Sequence record: PQ416618.1
Source: Escherichia phage vB_VIPECOMC06
Direction: 5' to 3' (one strand)
DNA: 64,000 bases
In this document: piece after piece, positions 20,801 to 31,832 of the stretch
Layout: every line of letters begins with the position of its first letter
Position numbering within the stretch: position 1 is the stretch's first letter
The notes under the pieces: generated by a model
Databases searched by the model: none
Seen by the model: the letters and a program-made list of their open reading frames with translations, nothing else
What the model was told of the DNA's origin: nothing
Made by a program: the position numbers and the translations under genes

Positions 20801-21762
20801 AAAATAAGAACTTCTTCGTTTGGACGAATATTTGAATCTGCACGGATAATACGAAGACGCGATTTCTGGTCGCCTTCCCATATACGCCATAAACTATTTG
20901 CAGCATCAAAAACAAAAAACGCGTCAGAGTCATTTCTGCCTTCGGCAATATGAGTCCCTACTTCACCAATAGACGTTGTATCATCAAATGTTTTAACAAT
21001 TGTATGATACAGTGGGTTTAATCTATCTAAATCGACTAGGCTGATTATATCACCATTGTTAGCATTACGTGGAAGTGTAATGTTGATTGGTGCTGCACTA
21101 GTAAAACGACGAACTATAAAATCATTTGCTTGTGCTTGATATGGTGTCGCAGGTGTAACAGTGATTGATTCTTTACCGTAATCAATGATATACATCTGCC
21201 ACAAACGATTACTAAACACAAACACTAGTTGTGAACGTGGTCGCGTCATTAAAACTGAACGAACTTGTTCGCCTCTAAAGTTTAAAATACTCTGCACAGA
21301 CGCGTTAATCTGTACTTTAACTGTCCCGGTTCTTCCACCAATATCAGCCAAAACAACAGTATCACCATCAACCGGCGCATTTGGCAATGTGAAAACCATA
21401 TCATTGCCGGCACCGGTGTTAACCGAAATCGAATCACCTGAAGAAAGTTGATAAGTCCCAGAAGCGACAGTTATCCATTGTGCATCTGTACGAACTGCAC
21501 GCCATTGTAAAAGGTTAAATGTCCCGGAAGGAGACACGATATCATTTATTGCTTGATATAAACGGTTGTCATAAAGAACAACAAATCCTTTGTTATATCC
21601 ACGCGTAGAATCATATACTTGAACGGTGTTTTCTTGTACCAGGAAGTCAACGTTTACGCCATCAGTACCTACTGTACGGTCGGCTAATGCTACGTTAACA
21701 ATCTTGTCGCCACCGGCGTCCAGACCGTCTTCGGCTCTGAACTTACGTTTGATGTCGGCCAT
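17887..21762 (-). CDS. 34: gp34 long tail fibre proximal subunit
   Basis: 1291 aa; internal repeats of about 40 aa (...RRGIAKIATQAE...D..ITPKKL...); late promoter TATAAATA about 30 nt upstream. Confidence 0.92.
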   Translation of the reverse strand: MADIKRKFRAEDGLDAGGDKIVNVALADRTVGTDGVNVDFLVQENTVQVYDSTRGYNKGFVVLYDNRLYQAINDIVSPSGTFNLLQWRAVRTDAQWITVASGTYQLSSGDSISVNTGAGNDMVFTLPNAPVDGDTVVLADIGGRTGTVKVQINASVQSILNFRGEQVRSVLMTRPRSQLVFVFSNRLWQMYIIDYGKESITVTPATPYQAQANDFIVRRFTSAAPINITLPRNANNGDIISLVDLDRLNPLYHTIVKTFDDTTSIGEVGTHIAEGRNDSDAFFVFDAANSLWRIWEGDQKSRLRIIRADSNIRPNEEVLIFGTNNATTGTINLTLPTGILSGDTVKISMNYMRKGQTVKIKAAEGDTIASSVALLQFPKRSEYPPDAQWVSVTELEFNGTTSYVPVLELAYIEDTDSDTHYWVVQQNVPTVERVDAGSDATRARLGVIALATQAQANVDLENTPAKEVAITPETLANRTATEARRGIAKIATTAQVNQNSTASFVDDTIVTPKKLNERTATETRRGLAEIATQTETDAGLDDTTIITPKKLQARQGSETLSGIVKYVSTTSATPAETRGAAGTNVYNKTVNNLTISPKALDQYKATYAQQGAVILAIDSEVIAGQSQSGYSHAVVTPETLHKKTSTDGRIGLIEIATQAETNAGTDYTRAVTPKTLNDRRATEGLSGIAEIATQVEFDTGTDDTRISTPLKIKTHFDSSDRTSVNSDSGLIEEGTLWNHYTLDISKANETQRGTLRVATQAESNAGTLDDVLITPKKLLGTKSTETSEGVIKVATQTETVTGTSANTAVSPKNLKWIVQNEPTWAATTAIRGFVKTSSGSITFVGNDTVGSTQNLELYEKNSYAVSPYELNRVLANYLPLKAKAADTNLLDGLDSSQFIRRDIAQTVNGSLTLTQQTNLSAPLVSSSTATFGGSVSANSTLTISNAGTATRLIFEKGPQTGTNPAQSMSIRVWGNQFGGGSDTTRSTVFEVGDETSNHFYSQRNKAGNITFSINGTVMPINVNASGSLNANGVATFGSSVTANGEFISKSSNAFRAISGNYGFFIRNDAVNTYFMLTASGDQTGGFNGLRPLAINNTSGQVTIGESLIIAKGATINSGGLTVNSRIRSQGTKTSDLYTRAPTSDTVGFWSIDINDSATYNQFPGYFKMVEKTNEVTGLPYLERGEEVKSPGTLTQFGNTLDSLYQDWITYPTTPEARTTRWTRTWQKTKNSWSSFVQVFDGGNPPQPSDIGALPSDNATMGNLTIRDFLRIGNVRIIPDPVNKSVKFEWVE

Positions 21763-21792
21763 TCGTTTTTCCTTTATTGTTTCAATAATACT

Positions 21793-21800
21793 TATTTATA
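21793..21800 (-). promoter_or_regulatory. late promoter for gene 34
   Basis: TATAAATA on - strand about 30 nt upstream of the gp34 ATG. Confidence 0.7.
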
Positions 21801-21802
21801 CC

Positions 21803-21832
21803 AGTTTACGCTTTCAAATGAGTATGTTACTA
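21803..21832 (+). promoter_or_regulatory. early promoter upstream of rnh
   Basis: GTTTAC + 18 nt + TACTAT. Confidence 0.5.
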
Positions 21833-21865
21833 TAGACAAGTTGACTAACTGAACAAGAGGTTCAT

Positions 21866-22783
21866 ATGGATTTAGAAATGATGTTGGATGAAGATTACAA
21901 AGAAGGTATTGCACTTGCCGACTTTAGTAACATTGCATTGGCAGCTGCATTAAACAACTTTGAAGACGGCGATAAAATTACTGTTCCGATGGTTCGCCAT
22001 GTAATCTTGAATTCAATTCGTAAAAACGTAGTGATGTTCCGTAAGCAAGGCTATACAAAATTTGTATTGTGTATGGATAATGCTACTTCAGGTTATTGGC
22101 GTCGTGACTTTGCTTACTATTACAAGAAAAATCGTAAAACCGATCGTGAAGCTTCAAAGTGGGATTGGGAAGGATATTTTACTGCACTCCGTCAAGTTGT
22201 TGATGAGATTAAGAAATACATGCCATACGTTGTAATGGATATTGACAAGTATGAAGCGGATGACCATATCGGTGTATTAACTAAATATTTGTCATTAGCT
22301 GGACATAAGGTATGTATTGTTGCATCAGATGGTGACTTTACACAATTACACAAATATCCTAACGTTAAACAGTGGTCGCCACCACAGAAAAAATGGGTTA
22401 AAATTAAGAACGGTTCTGCTGAAATTGATTGCATGACTAAAATTCTTAAAGGTGACCGTAAAGACGGCGTTGCATCTGTTCGAGTTCGTGGCGACTTCTG
22501 GTTTACCAGAGTTGATGGTGAACGAACTCCGAGCATGAAAACAACGATTATTGAAGCAATTGCCAATGACCGTTCTCAAGCTGAAGTATTATTAAGTGCG
22601 GAAGAATATAAACGGTATCAAGAAAATTTGGTTCTCATTGATTTTGATTATATCCCTGATAATATTGCTTCAACCATTATAGAGTATTATAACTCATATA
22701 AACCACAACCTAAAGGCAAGATTTATTCATACTTTGTAAAATCTGGTCTTTCTAAATTAACAAGTGTAATTAATGAATTCTGA
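21866..22783 (+). CDS. rnh: RNase H (5'-3' exonuclease / flap endonuclease)
   Basis: 305 aa; MDLEMMLDEDYKEGI...DIDKYEADDHI...SDGDFTQLHKYPNVKQWSP matches T4 RNase H. Confidence 0.95.
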   Translation: MDLEMMLDEDYKEGIALADFSNIALAAALNNFEDGDKITVPMVRHVILNSIRKNVVMFRKQGYTKFVLCMDNATSGYWRRDFAYYYKKNRKTDREASKWDWEGYFTALRQVVDEIKKYMPYVVMDIDKYEADDHIGVLTKYLSLAGHKVCIVASDGDFTQLHKYPNVKQWSPPQKKWVKIKNGSAEIDCMTKILKGDRKDGVASVRVRGDFWFTRVDGERTPSMKTTIIEAIANDRSQAEVLLSAEEYKRYQENLVLIDFDYIPDNIASTIIEYYNSYKPQPKGKIYSYFVKSGLSKLTSVINEF

Positions 22784-22790
22784 GGTAAAC

Positions 22791-23060
22791 ATGGCTAAGA
22801 AAGAAGCAGTTGAATTTAATCAAGATGTGCATGGTGAAGAACTGGCTAAACTAGTCAAGGAAGCTTCCGATAACAAACTTAAAATTTCTGGTTATAATGA
22901 ACTGATTAAAGACATTCGTACTCGTGCTAAAGAAGAGCTTGGCGTCGATGGAAAAATGTTTAATCGTTTGTTAGCTCTTTATCATAAAGATGCTCGTGAT
23001 CAATTTGAAGCTGAAAACGAAGAGGTAGTCGAGCTTTATGACACAGTTTTCACTAAGTGA
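22791..23060 (+). CDS. dsbA: dsDNA-binding late transcription enhancer DsbA
   Basis: ATG at 22791 (GAGGTAAAC SD) gives MAKKEAVEF...ISGYNELIKDIR.RAK.ELGVDGKMFNRLLALYHKD, matching T4 DsbA. Confidence 0.88.
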   Translation: MAKKEAVEFNQDVHGEELAKLVKEASDNKLKISGYNELIKDIRTRAKEELGVDGKMFNRLLALYHKDARDQFEAENEEVVELYDTVFTK

Positions 23061-23376
23061 TATTAAACCGGTTGATGAGGCCGGTTTATCTGAACAAGAA
23101 TTAGCGGTAAAACACGATAAAGATGATATCGCTAAATTGCTTGACCGACAAGAAAACGGATTCATTATCGAATCCATGGTTGAACAATTTGGTATGTCTT
23201 ATTTAGAAGCAACAACTGCTTTCTTGGAAGAAAATTCTATTCCAGAAACACAATTTGCTAAATTTATTCCTACAGGAATTGTTGAAAAAATTACAAGCGA
23301 AGCAATTGATGAAAACATGCTTCGCCCATCAGTTGCTCGTGGTGAAAAAACTAATACGTTAGATTTCTTATTATGA
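23038..23376 (+). CDS. 33: late transcription co-activator gp33
   Basis: 112 aa; MTQFSL.DI.PVDE.GLSE.EL...LLDRQENGFIIE.MVE.FGMSYLEATTAFLEENSIPETQFAKFIP matches T4 gp33. Confidence 0.93.
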   Translation: MTQFSLSDIKPVDEAGLSEQELAVKHDKDDIAKLLDRQENGFIIESMVEQFGMSYLEATTAFLEENSIPETQFAKFIPTGIVEKITSEAIDENMLRPSVARGEKTNTLDFLL

Positions 23377-24056
23377 AATACGTTGTGTATAAAACTACCA
23401 ATAAAATAAATGGTAAAATTTATATAGGCGTACACAAAAAACATAAAGAGAAAGATTGGTATATTGGGTCTGGCCGCGCTATATTAGCGGCCAAAGCTAA
23501 ATACGGACTAAAAAATTTTTATACTGAAGTTCTTTATGAATATGATAATGACAAGGACGCCTATAAAAAAGAAGCAGAATTGGTTAATGAAGATTTTGTT
23601 TTGCGAACTGATACTTATAACCTGGTTCCAGGTGGTAAAGGTGGCCCTGGTAAAAAACAAAGTGATGAAGCTAAAAGGGCTATTTCACTTTCTAAAATAG
23701 GGAAACCTAGATCTGAAGAGACTAAGGCTAAAGTATCTAAAACCAGATTAGAAAGAAAAATACCATCACCTAATAAGGGTAAGAAACTATCTGAAGCTCA
23801 TAAATTAGCTTTGAGTAAAGTCCGAAAAGGGCGAAAAACGAATAAGCCGATGCCTGATTCAACCAAAGAAGCTCTTAGAATAGCAAATTCAAAGCCGCAT
23901 TCTAAAGAAAGAACTATTAAAAAACAAAAACCTATAATTATTGATGGTATAAAATACTCATCATGTACAGAAGTTTCGGATGTTTTTAATATTTCTGCAT
24001 CTCTAGTTACGTATAGACTTAAATCTTCAAAATGGCCTGGATGGAACTATGATTAA
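23373..24056 (+). CDS. GIY-YIG family homing-endonuclease-like protein (Seg-like), free-standing
   Basis: 227 aa; N-terminal YKTTNKINGKIYIGV (YIG element) plus a Lys/Arg-rich C-terminal DNA-binding-like region; ATGA overlap with gp33 stop. Confidence 0.65.
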   Translation: MKYVVYKTTNKINGKIYIGVHKKHKEKDWYIGSGRAILAAKAKYGLKNFYTEVLYEYDNDKDAYKKEAELVNEDFVLRTDTYNLVPGGKGGPGKKQSDEAKRAISLSKIGKPRSEETKAKVSKTRLERKIPSPNKGKKLSEAHKLALSKVRKGRKTNKPMPDSTKEALRIANSKPHSKERTIKKQKPIIIDGIKYSSCTEVSDVFNISASLVTYRLKSSKWPGWNYD

Positions 24057-24702
24057 AATACGCATGCCTCCTGACGGAGAACGTTATATTAATGGTAAAT
24101 CAGTATATAAACTATACTTGATGTGCAAAAACCACTTTGGTGGTCGGTATGACGTAATCAAATATAACTGGTGCATGCGTGTTTCGGATAATGCGTATCA
24201 AAAACGCCGAGATAAATATTTCTTTGAAAAACTAGCAGAGAAATATAAATTGAAGGAACTCACCTTGATATTTATAAGCAACTTAGTTGCTAACCAAGAC
24301 GCATGGATTGGTGAGATATCAGACGCTGATGCATTAGTTTTCTATAGGGAATATATTGGACGTCTCAAACAAGCCAAGGAGACGTTTGCTGAAGATGTAC
24401 GTAACATCTACTATTTCAGTAAGAAAGTGGAAGTTAGTGCGCTTCAAGAGATATTTGATTATAATAACAACGTTCAGTCGAGCTACATATTCAAATTGCT
24501 ACAAAGCAATATAATTTCATTTGAGACTTTCTTATTGTTGGACTCATTTTTGAATATTATAGATAAGCACGACGAACTTACTGACAATTTGGTCTGGCAA
24601 AATTATTCTACCAAATTAAAGGCATATCGAAAAATACTTCAAATCGATGGAAATGCTGCTAAGAAATTGTTCATAGAAACAATCAAATCATGTAGGTATT
24701 AA
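24049..24702 (+). CDS. 59: gp59 helicase loader
   Basis: 217 aa; MIK.RMP..GERYI.GKSVYKLYLM.K.H..G.YDVIKYNWCMRVSD.AYQKRRDKYFF matches T4 gp59. Confidence 0.93.
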   Translation: MIKIRMPPDGERYINGKSVYKLYLMCKNHFGGRYDVIKYNWCMRVSDNAYQKRRDKYFFEKLAEKYKLKELTLIFISNLVANQDAWIGEISDADALVFYREYIGRLKQAKETFAEDVRNIYYFSKKVEVSALQEIFDYNNNVQSSYIFKLLQSNIISFETFLLLDSFLNIIDKHDELTDNLVWQNYSTKLKAYRKILQIDGNAAKKLFIETIKSCRY

Positions 24703-24731
24703 GCTTTATTTCTTGTGTGTTAAAATTACTT

Positions 24732-24739
24732 TATAAATA
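24732..24739 (+). promoter_or_regulatory. late promoter upstream of gene 32
   Basis: TATAAATA on + strand in the gene 59-32 intergenic region. Confidence 0.5.
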
Positions 24740-24749
24740 AATCATACCA

Positions 24750-24819
24750 GCTACGAGGTATAAGTGTCGTAGCAACCAACTGTAAATAAATTAAATAATC
24801 TAAATAAAGGTAATAATCC
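24750..24819 (+). promoter_or_regulatory. gene 32 translational operator (structured element plus unstructured A/U-rich gp32 binding region)
   Basis: Hairpin AGCTACGaggtataagtgtCGTAGC followed by repeated (U)AAAUAA units up to the ATG (taaataaattaaataatctaaataaagg). Confidence 0.6.
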
Positions 24820-25719
24820 ATGTTTAAACGTAAATCTACTGCTGACCTCGCTGCTCAAATGGCTAAACTGAATGGTAACAAAGGTTTCTCTTCAGAAGAT
24901 AAAGGCGAATGGAAGCTGAAACTCGATGCATCTGGTAATGGTCAAGCGGTAATTCGTTTCTTGCCAGCAAAAACTGATGATGCACTACCATTTGCAATTC
25001 TTGTTAACCACGGTTTCAAGAAAAACGGTAAATGGTATATTGAAAATTGCTCTTCTACACATGGTGATTATGACTCTTGTCCTGTATGTCAGTACATTAG
25101 TAAAAATGACCTGTACAATACTAACAAAACTGAATATTCTCAACTGAAACGTAAAACTTCTTATTGGGCTAATATTCTGGTTGTTAAAGACCCTCAAGCT
25201 CCAGATAACGAAGGTAAAGTATTTAAATATCGTTTCGGTAAAAAGATTTGGGACAAAATTAATGCAATGATTGCAGTTGATACTGAAATGGGTGAAACTC
25301 CAGTTGATGTTACTTGCCCGTTTGAAGGTGCTAACTTCGTTCTTAAAGCTAAGCAGGTTTCTGGTTTTAGCAACTATGACGAATCTAAATTCTTGGGTCA
25401 ATCTGAAATTCCTCGTATTAATGACGAAGCATTCCAGAAAGAACTATATGACCAGATGGTAGACCTTACTACTTTGACGGCTAAAGACCAGTTCAAATCC
25501 TTTGAAAAATTAAATGAATCTTTCGCTAAGGTTCTTGGTACTGCCGCTCTTGGTGGTGCAGCAGCCGCAGCAGCTTCTGTTGCTGATAAAGTTGCTTCTG
25601 ACCTTGACGATTTTGATAAAGACATGGAAGCCTTTAGTTCTGCAAAAACTGAAGATGACTTCATGAGTTCCTCGTCTTCTGACGATGGCGACCTCGATGA
25701 CCTGTTAGCTGGTCTATAA
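24820..25719 (+). CDS. 32: gp32 single-stranded DNA-binding protein
   Basis: 299 aa; [35 protein letters not shown]...[17 protein letters not shown] matches T4 gp32. Confidence 0.96.
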   Translation: MFKRKSTADLAAQMAKLNGNKGFSSEDKGEWKLKLDASGNGQAVIRFLPAKTDDALPFAILVNHGFKKNGKWYIENCSSTHGDYDSCPVCQYISKNDLYNTNKTEYSQLKRKTSYWANILVVKDPQAPDNEGKVFKYRFGKKIWDKINAMIAVDTEMGETPVDVTCPFEGANFVLKAKQVSGFSNYDESKFLGQSEIPRINDEAFQKELYDQMVDLTTLTAKDQFKSFEKLNESFAKVLGTAALGGAAAAAASVADKVASDLDDFDKDMEAFSSAKTEDDFMSSSSSDDGDLDDLLAGL

Positions 25720-25725
25720 TAAATT

Positions 25726-25747
25726 GGGAGACTTCGGTCTCCCTTTT
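25726..25747 (+). terminator. intrinsic terminator after gene 32
   Basis: GGGAGACTTCGGTCTCCC followed by TTTTG. Confidence 0.85.
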
Positions 25748-25774
25748 GAGTATCTGTAAATTGCCGAAAAAGTT

Positions 25775-25803
25775 GTTTACTTTTCCTTTAAACATGATAC
25801 TAT
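25775..25803 (+). promoter_or_regulatory. T4-type early promoter
   Basis: GTTTACttttcctttaaacatgaTACTAT; near-identical to the motA promoter. Confidence 0.6.
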
Positions 25804-25832
25804 AGACTTATCAACAACATGAGGAAATCAAA

Positions 25833-26219
25833 ATGGAAATCGGAAAATCTTATATCATTAACCCTTTATTTAAAGACGACTTTGCTAACGAGTGCCGTTG
25901 CAATGCAATGATGCTAAATTTAATAGAGAAGCACGGACCTAGTTTTGTTGTAGATGAAATGGAAAGTGATGATTGTGCTGGTGACTGTGTGGTACGTGTA
26001 ACTATGGAAGACGGCACTGAATACATGGCCGGTGGCCCACTTGAGACGTATTTTGAGATTTACTCTGAAGAATTCAAATACTTTACTGAGGTAACTTTAG
26101 AAAAGCCTCAACCTACTAACGAAGGTATAACTTTAGGTGTAACAAAAATCCATTGTATCGTAGATGAAACCAACGTCGACGAAATCATCAAACTTTTGCA
26201 AAAAACTTTTAAAAAGTAG
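25833..26219 (+). CDS. hypothetical early protein
   Basis: 128-aa ORF after an early promoter, GAGGAAA SD. Confidence 0.55.
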   Translation: MEIGKSYIINPLFKDDFANECRCNAMMLNLIEKHGPSFVVDEMESDDCAGDCVVRVTMEDGTEYMAGGPLETYFEIYSEEFKYFTEVTLEKPQPTNEGITLGVTKIHCIVDETNVDEIIKLLQKTFKK

Positions 26220-26258
26220 TTTACAACAAGATAGGGCTATGTTATAGTAGCCCTATCA
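26219..26258 (+). promoter_or_regulatory. T4-type early promoter with palindrome around -10
   Basis: GTTTACaacaaGATAGGGCTAtgtTATAGTAGCCCTATC. Confidence 0.6.
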
Positions 26259-26280
26259 AATAAAAGTGAAGGAGAATAAA

Positions 26281-27976
<1,696 letters not shown>

Positions 27977-27977
27977 A

Positions 27978-28232
27978 ATGATTTTACGTTTTATTAATTC
28001 ATATGGCACCACAATTTTTGAAATGAAAAATCCTACCGAACTGGATATCCCTTCACCGAATAGTGAAATCACAGTTAAAGGTGAACGATTCATTTGTTAT
28101 TCACATGAACGAATTTATGAATATCGTGAATTTTGTGGTGGCTACGGCATGGAAAAAGAACCGTTGGTTTATTTCGATATCACGGTCTTGACACCTAAAG
28201 AATACGAAGAAATTATTGCTGAGGATAATTAA
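27978..28232 (+). CDS. hypothetical small protein
   Basis: 84-aa ORF starting 1 nt after td stop. Confidence 0.5.
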   Translation: MILRFINSYGTTIFEMKNPTELDIPSPNSEITVKGERFICYSHERIYEYREFCGGYGMEKEPLVYFDITVLTPKEYEEIIAEDN

Positions 28233-28319
28233 CGCTTCAGTTTAAAAGTGTATAATAAATTAACGGGATAAATACTATCCCGTTTGGAGTAATGTCTATC
28301 AACCTATACTGAGGAATAT

Positions 28320-30575
28320 ATGCAAGTAATTAAGAGCAGTGGGGTATCCCAAAATTTTGATGCACAGAAAATTATTCAAGTCTTAACTTGGCAGTGTGAA
28401 GGAACACAAATCGACCCGTATGAATTGTATGAAGAAATTAAGACCCATCTGGTTGATGGGATGAGCACCAAAGATATCCAGAAGATTTGTATTAAAGTTG
28501 CAGCTAACTCGATTTCTGTCGAAGAACCTGATTATCAGTATGTCGCCGCCAAAGGGCTAATGTTTGCACTCCGTAAAGATGTATACGGACAGTTTGAACC
28601 GCCTGCTTTTATCGACCATATTTCTCACTGTGTTAATGAAGGCAAATACGACCCTGAGTTGTTGTCTCAATATTCAGCAGAAGAAATCATTTATCTCGAT
28701 TCACAGATTAAACATGAACGAGACTTTGACCTGACTTATGCTGGTGCTATGCAGCTTAAAGAAAAATATCTAGTTAAAGATAAAACAACTGGGAAGATTT
28801 ATGAAACTCCACAGTTTGCTATCATGGCTATTGGCATGGCCTTACACCAAGACGAAACTCATGACCGTTTGAAACATATTATTCGTTTTTATGATGCCGT
28901 TTCTACTCATCAAGTTTCATTGCCAACCCCAATTATGGCAGGTGCTCGTACTCCGACTCGCCAGTTCTCTAGTTGTGTAGTTATTGAAGCCGGTGATTCG
29001 TTAAAATCTATTAACAAAACTTCAGCATCAATTATTGAATATATTTCTAAACGAGCTGGTATCGGTATCAACGTTGGTATGCTTCGTGCAGAAGGTTCTA
29101 AGATCGGTACGGGTGAAGTTCGACATACAGGTGTTATTCCATTCTGGAAACATTTCCAAACTGCAGTAAAATCTTGTTCTCAAGGTGGTATTCGTGGTGG
29201 TGCTGCTACAGCGTATTATCCGATGTGGCACTTAGAAGTAGAGAACCTATTAGTTCTGAAAAATAACAAAGGGGTGGATGAAAACCGTATTCGACATATG
29301 GACTACGGAATTCAGATTAATGACCTTATGATGGAACGCCTTGGTAAAAATGATTATATTACTTTATTTAGCCCTCACGAAATGTCAGGCGAACTATACT
29401 ACTCGTTCTTTGAAGATCAAGATAAATTCCGTGAGCTTTATGAGAAAGCTGAAAAAGACCCGACAATCAGAAAGAAAAGAATCAAAGCACTAGAACTCTT
29501 TGAATTGTTCATGACTGAACGTTCTGGCACTGCTCGAATTTATCCACAATTCGTTGATAACACGAATAACTACACTCCGTTTATTCGCGAAAAAGCTCCA
29601 ATTCGTCAGAGTAACTTATGTTGTGAAATCGCTATTCCGACTAATGACGTGAATGGTCCTGATGCTGAAATTGGTTTATGCACATTATCTGCTTTTGTAT
29701 TAGATAAATTTGATTGGCAAGACCAAGATAAAATTAATGAACTTGCTGAAGTACAAGTACGTGCACTCGATAACCTGTTAGACTATCAAGATTATCCGGT
29801 TCCAGAAGCTTTAAAAGCTAAAAAGCGTCGTAACTTGGGTATTGGTGTGACGAACTATGCTGCATGGTTAGCTTCTAACTTTGCTTCATATGAAGACGCT
29901 AACGATTTGACTCATGAATTGTTTGAGAGATTGCAATATGGCCTTATCAAAGCTTCAATCAAACTCGCCAAAGAAAAAGGATGTTGCGAGTATTATTCAG
30001 ACACTAAATGGTCTAGAGGCGAATTACCTATCGACTGGTACAATAAAAAGATTGACCAAATCGCAGCCCCGAACTACGTCTGTGACTGGGAAGAACTTCG
30101 AGCTGAACTCAAAGAACATGGAATTCGTAACTCAACGTTGTCTGCACTCATGCCTTGTGAGTCAAGCAGTCAAGTATCGAACTCTACAAACGGGATTGAG
30201 CCCCCACGCGGTCCAGTAAGTATTAAAGAATCTAAAGAAGGCAACTTCCGACAGGTTGTTCCTAATATAGAACATAACATGAGTCTTTACGACTACGCGT
30301 GGAAACTTGCTAAGAAAGGTAATAAACCTTATTTGACCCAAGTTGCTATCATGTTGAAATGGGTGTGCCAATCTGCTTCTGCTAATACTTACTATGACCC
30401 TGCAGTATTTGAGAAAGGTAAAGTGCCAATGTCAGTAATGCTTGACGATCTACTTTACTTCTGGTACTTTGGTGGAAAAAACCTCTACTATCATAACACT
30501 CGTGATGGGTCAGGTACAGATGACTATGAATTAGAAACACCTAAAGCTGAAGATTGTTCTGCTTGTAAGCTTTAA
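28320..30575 (+). CDS. nrdA: aerobic ribonucleotide reductase large subunit
   Basis: 751 aa; class I RNR alpha subunit features; C-terminal ...CSACKL tail. Confidence 0.93.
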   Translation: MQVIKSSGVSQNFDAQKIIQVLTWQCEGTQIDPYELYEEIKTHLVDGMSTKDIQKICIKVAANSISVEEPDYQYVAAKGLMFALRKDVYGQFEPPAFIDHISHCVNEGKYDPELLSQYSAEEIIYLDSQIKHERDFDLTYAGAMQLKEKYLVKDKTTGKIYETPQFAIMAIGMALHQDETHDRLKHIIRFYDAVSTHQVSLPTPIMAGARTPTRQFSSCVVIEAGDSLKSINKTSASIIEYISKRAGIGINVGMLRAEGSKIGTGEVRHTGVIPFWKHFQTAVKSCSQGGIRGGAATAYYPMWHLEVENLLVLKNNKGVDENRIRHMDYGIQINDLMMERLGKNDYITLFSPHEMSGELYYSFFEDQDKFRELYEKAEKDPTIRKKRIKALELFELFMTERSGTARIYPQFVDNTNNYTPFIREKAPIRQSNLCCEIAIPTNDVNGPDAEIGLCTLSAFVLDKFDWQDQDKINELAEVQVRALDNLLDYQDYPVPEALKAKKRRNLGIGVTNYAAWLASNFASYEDANDLTHELFERLQYGLIKASIKLAKEKGCCEYYSDTKWSRGELPIDWYNKKIDQIAAPNYVCDWEELRAELKEHGIRNSTLSALMPCESSSQVSNSTNGIEPPRGPVSIKESKEGNFRQVVPNIEHNMSLYDYAWKLAKKGNKPYLTQVAIMLKWVCQSASANTYYDPAVFEKGKVPMSVMLDDLLYFWYFGGKNLYYHNTRDGSGTDDYELETPKAEDCSACKL

Positions 30576-30627
30576 GTCTTTTGATTATAATTTACTCATG
30601 GATGAGTTAAACTAAGTGAGAAATATA

Positions 30628-31806
30628 ATGAGTACAGTTTTTAACACACAACAAGTCGATGTTTTGAATGAGCCGATGTTCTTTGGTTCTGGTCTTGGTA
30701 TTGCGCGTTATGATATTCAACGCCATAAAGTTTTTGAAGATTTGACCGAAAAACAATTGTCATTTTTCTGGCGCCCCGAAGAGGTAAACTTGATGTTGGA
30801 CTCTGCGCAGTTCAATAAGCTTCCTCAGTTCCAACAGGACATCTTTACAAACAACCTTAAGTATCAATCATTATTAGATTCTATCCAAGGCAGAGCCCCA
30901 TCTGCGGTACTTATGGCACTGATTTCTGACCCTTCATTAGATACATGGGTTGCAACATGGACATTCAGTGAAACTATTCACTCTCGTTCGTATACTCATA
31001 TTATGCGAAATCTTTATACAGACCCATCTAAGGTATTTGATGAAATTGTATTAGACGAAGCAATCATGAAACGAGCTGAATCAATAGGTAAATATTACGA
31101 TGATGTTCTAGTTAAAACACGTGAATGGGAAAATGCTAAAGAAATTTTTAAATGTTTTTCCGAAAATGAATATGATTTGGATGCATATTCAAATAGTCTT
31201 ATGCATGTGGAAGAATGTAAACGTGCATTAATGAAGTCTCTTTATCTCTGCTTACACGTTATTAACGCCTTAGAAGCTATTCGTTTTTATGTATCTTTTG
31301 CATGTACTTTCAACTTCCATAAGAACATGGAAATCATGGAAGGTAATGCAAAGATTATGAAGTTCATCGCTCGTGACGAACAACTCCACCTTAAAGGCAC
31401 TCAGTACATTATCCGTCAACTTCAATCTGGTACTGATGGTGATGAGTGGGTTCAAATTGCTAAAGAATGTGAACAAGACGCAGTTGACATTTTTATGGAA
31501 GTAAATAGACAAGAGAAGGAATGGGCTGCACACCTCTTTAAAGACGGTACATGCCCGGGTATCAATACGCAGAGTATGTGTGCTTTTGTTGATTACTTGA
31601 CTGTGTCTCGTATGAAACAGTGCGGTTTGCCATGCCCAATAACTGATGCTCCGACCAAGCATCCGTATCCTTGGATTCGTGAATATCTGAACTCTGATTT
31701 AGTTCAATCAGCTCCTCAGGAAGTTGAAATCAGTTCTTATCTTGTCGCACAAATTGATAATGATGTAGACCAAAATGTAATCAATTCATACAAAAAATAT
31801 TTCTAA
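30628..31806 (+). CDS. nrdB: aerobic ribonucleotide reductase small subunit (uninterrupted, no intron)
   Basis: ATG at 30628 (MSTVFNTQQVDVLNEPMFFG...); continuous 392-aa ORF with R2 di-iron ligand helices. Confidence 0.93.
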   Translation: MSTVFNTQQVDVLNEPMFFGSGLGIARYDIQRHKVFEDLTEKQLSFFWRPEEVNLMLDSAQFNKLPQFQQDIFTNNLKYQSLLDSIQGRAPSAVLMALISDPSLDTWVATWTFSETIHSRSYTHIMRNLYTDPSKVFDEIVLDEAIMKRAESIGKYYDDVLVKTREWENAKEIFKCFSENEYDLDAYSNSLMHVEECKRALMKSLYLCLHVINALEAIRFYVSFACTFNFHKNMEIMEGNAKIMKFIARDEQLHLKGTQYIIRQLQSGTDGDEWVQIAKECEQDAVDIFMEVNRQEKEWAAHLFKDGTCPGINTQSMCAFVDYLTVSRMKQCGLPCPITDAPTKHPYPWIREYLNSDLVQSAPQEVEISSYLVAQIDNDVDQNVINSYKKYF

Positions 31807-31810
31807 GGAC

Positions 31811-31830
31811 GGGACTTCGGTCCCACTTTA
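31811..31830 (+). terminator. putative terminator after nrdB
   Basis: GGGACTTCGGTCCC hairpin followed by a U-containing tail. Confidence 0.6.
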
Positions 31831-31832
31831 TT

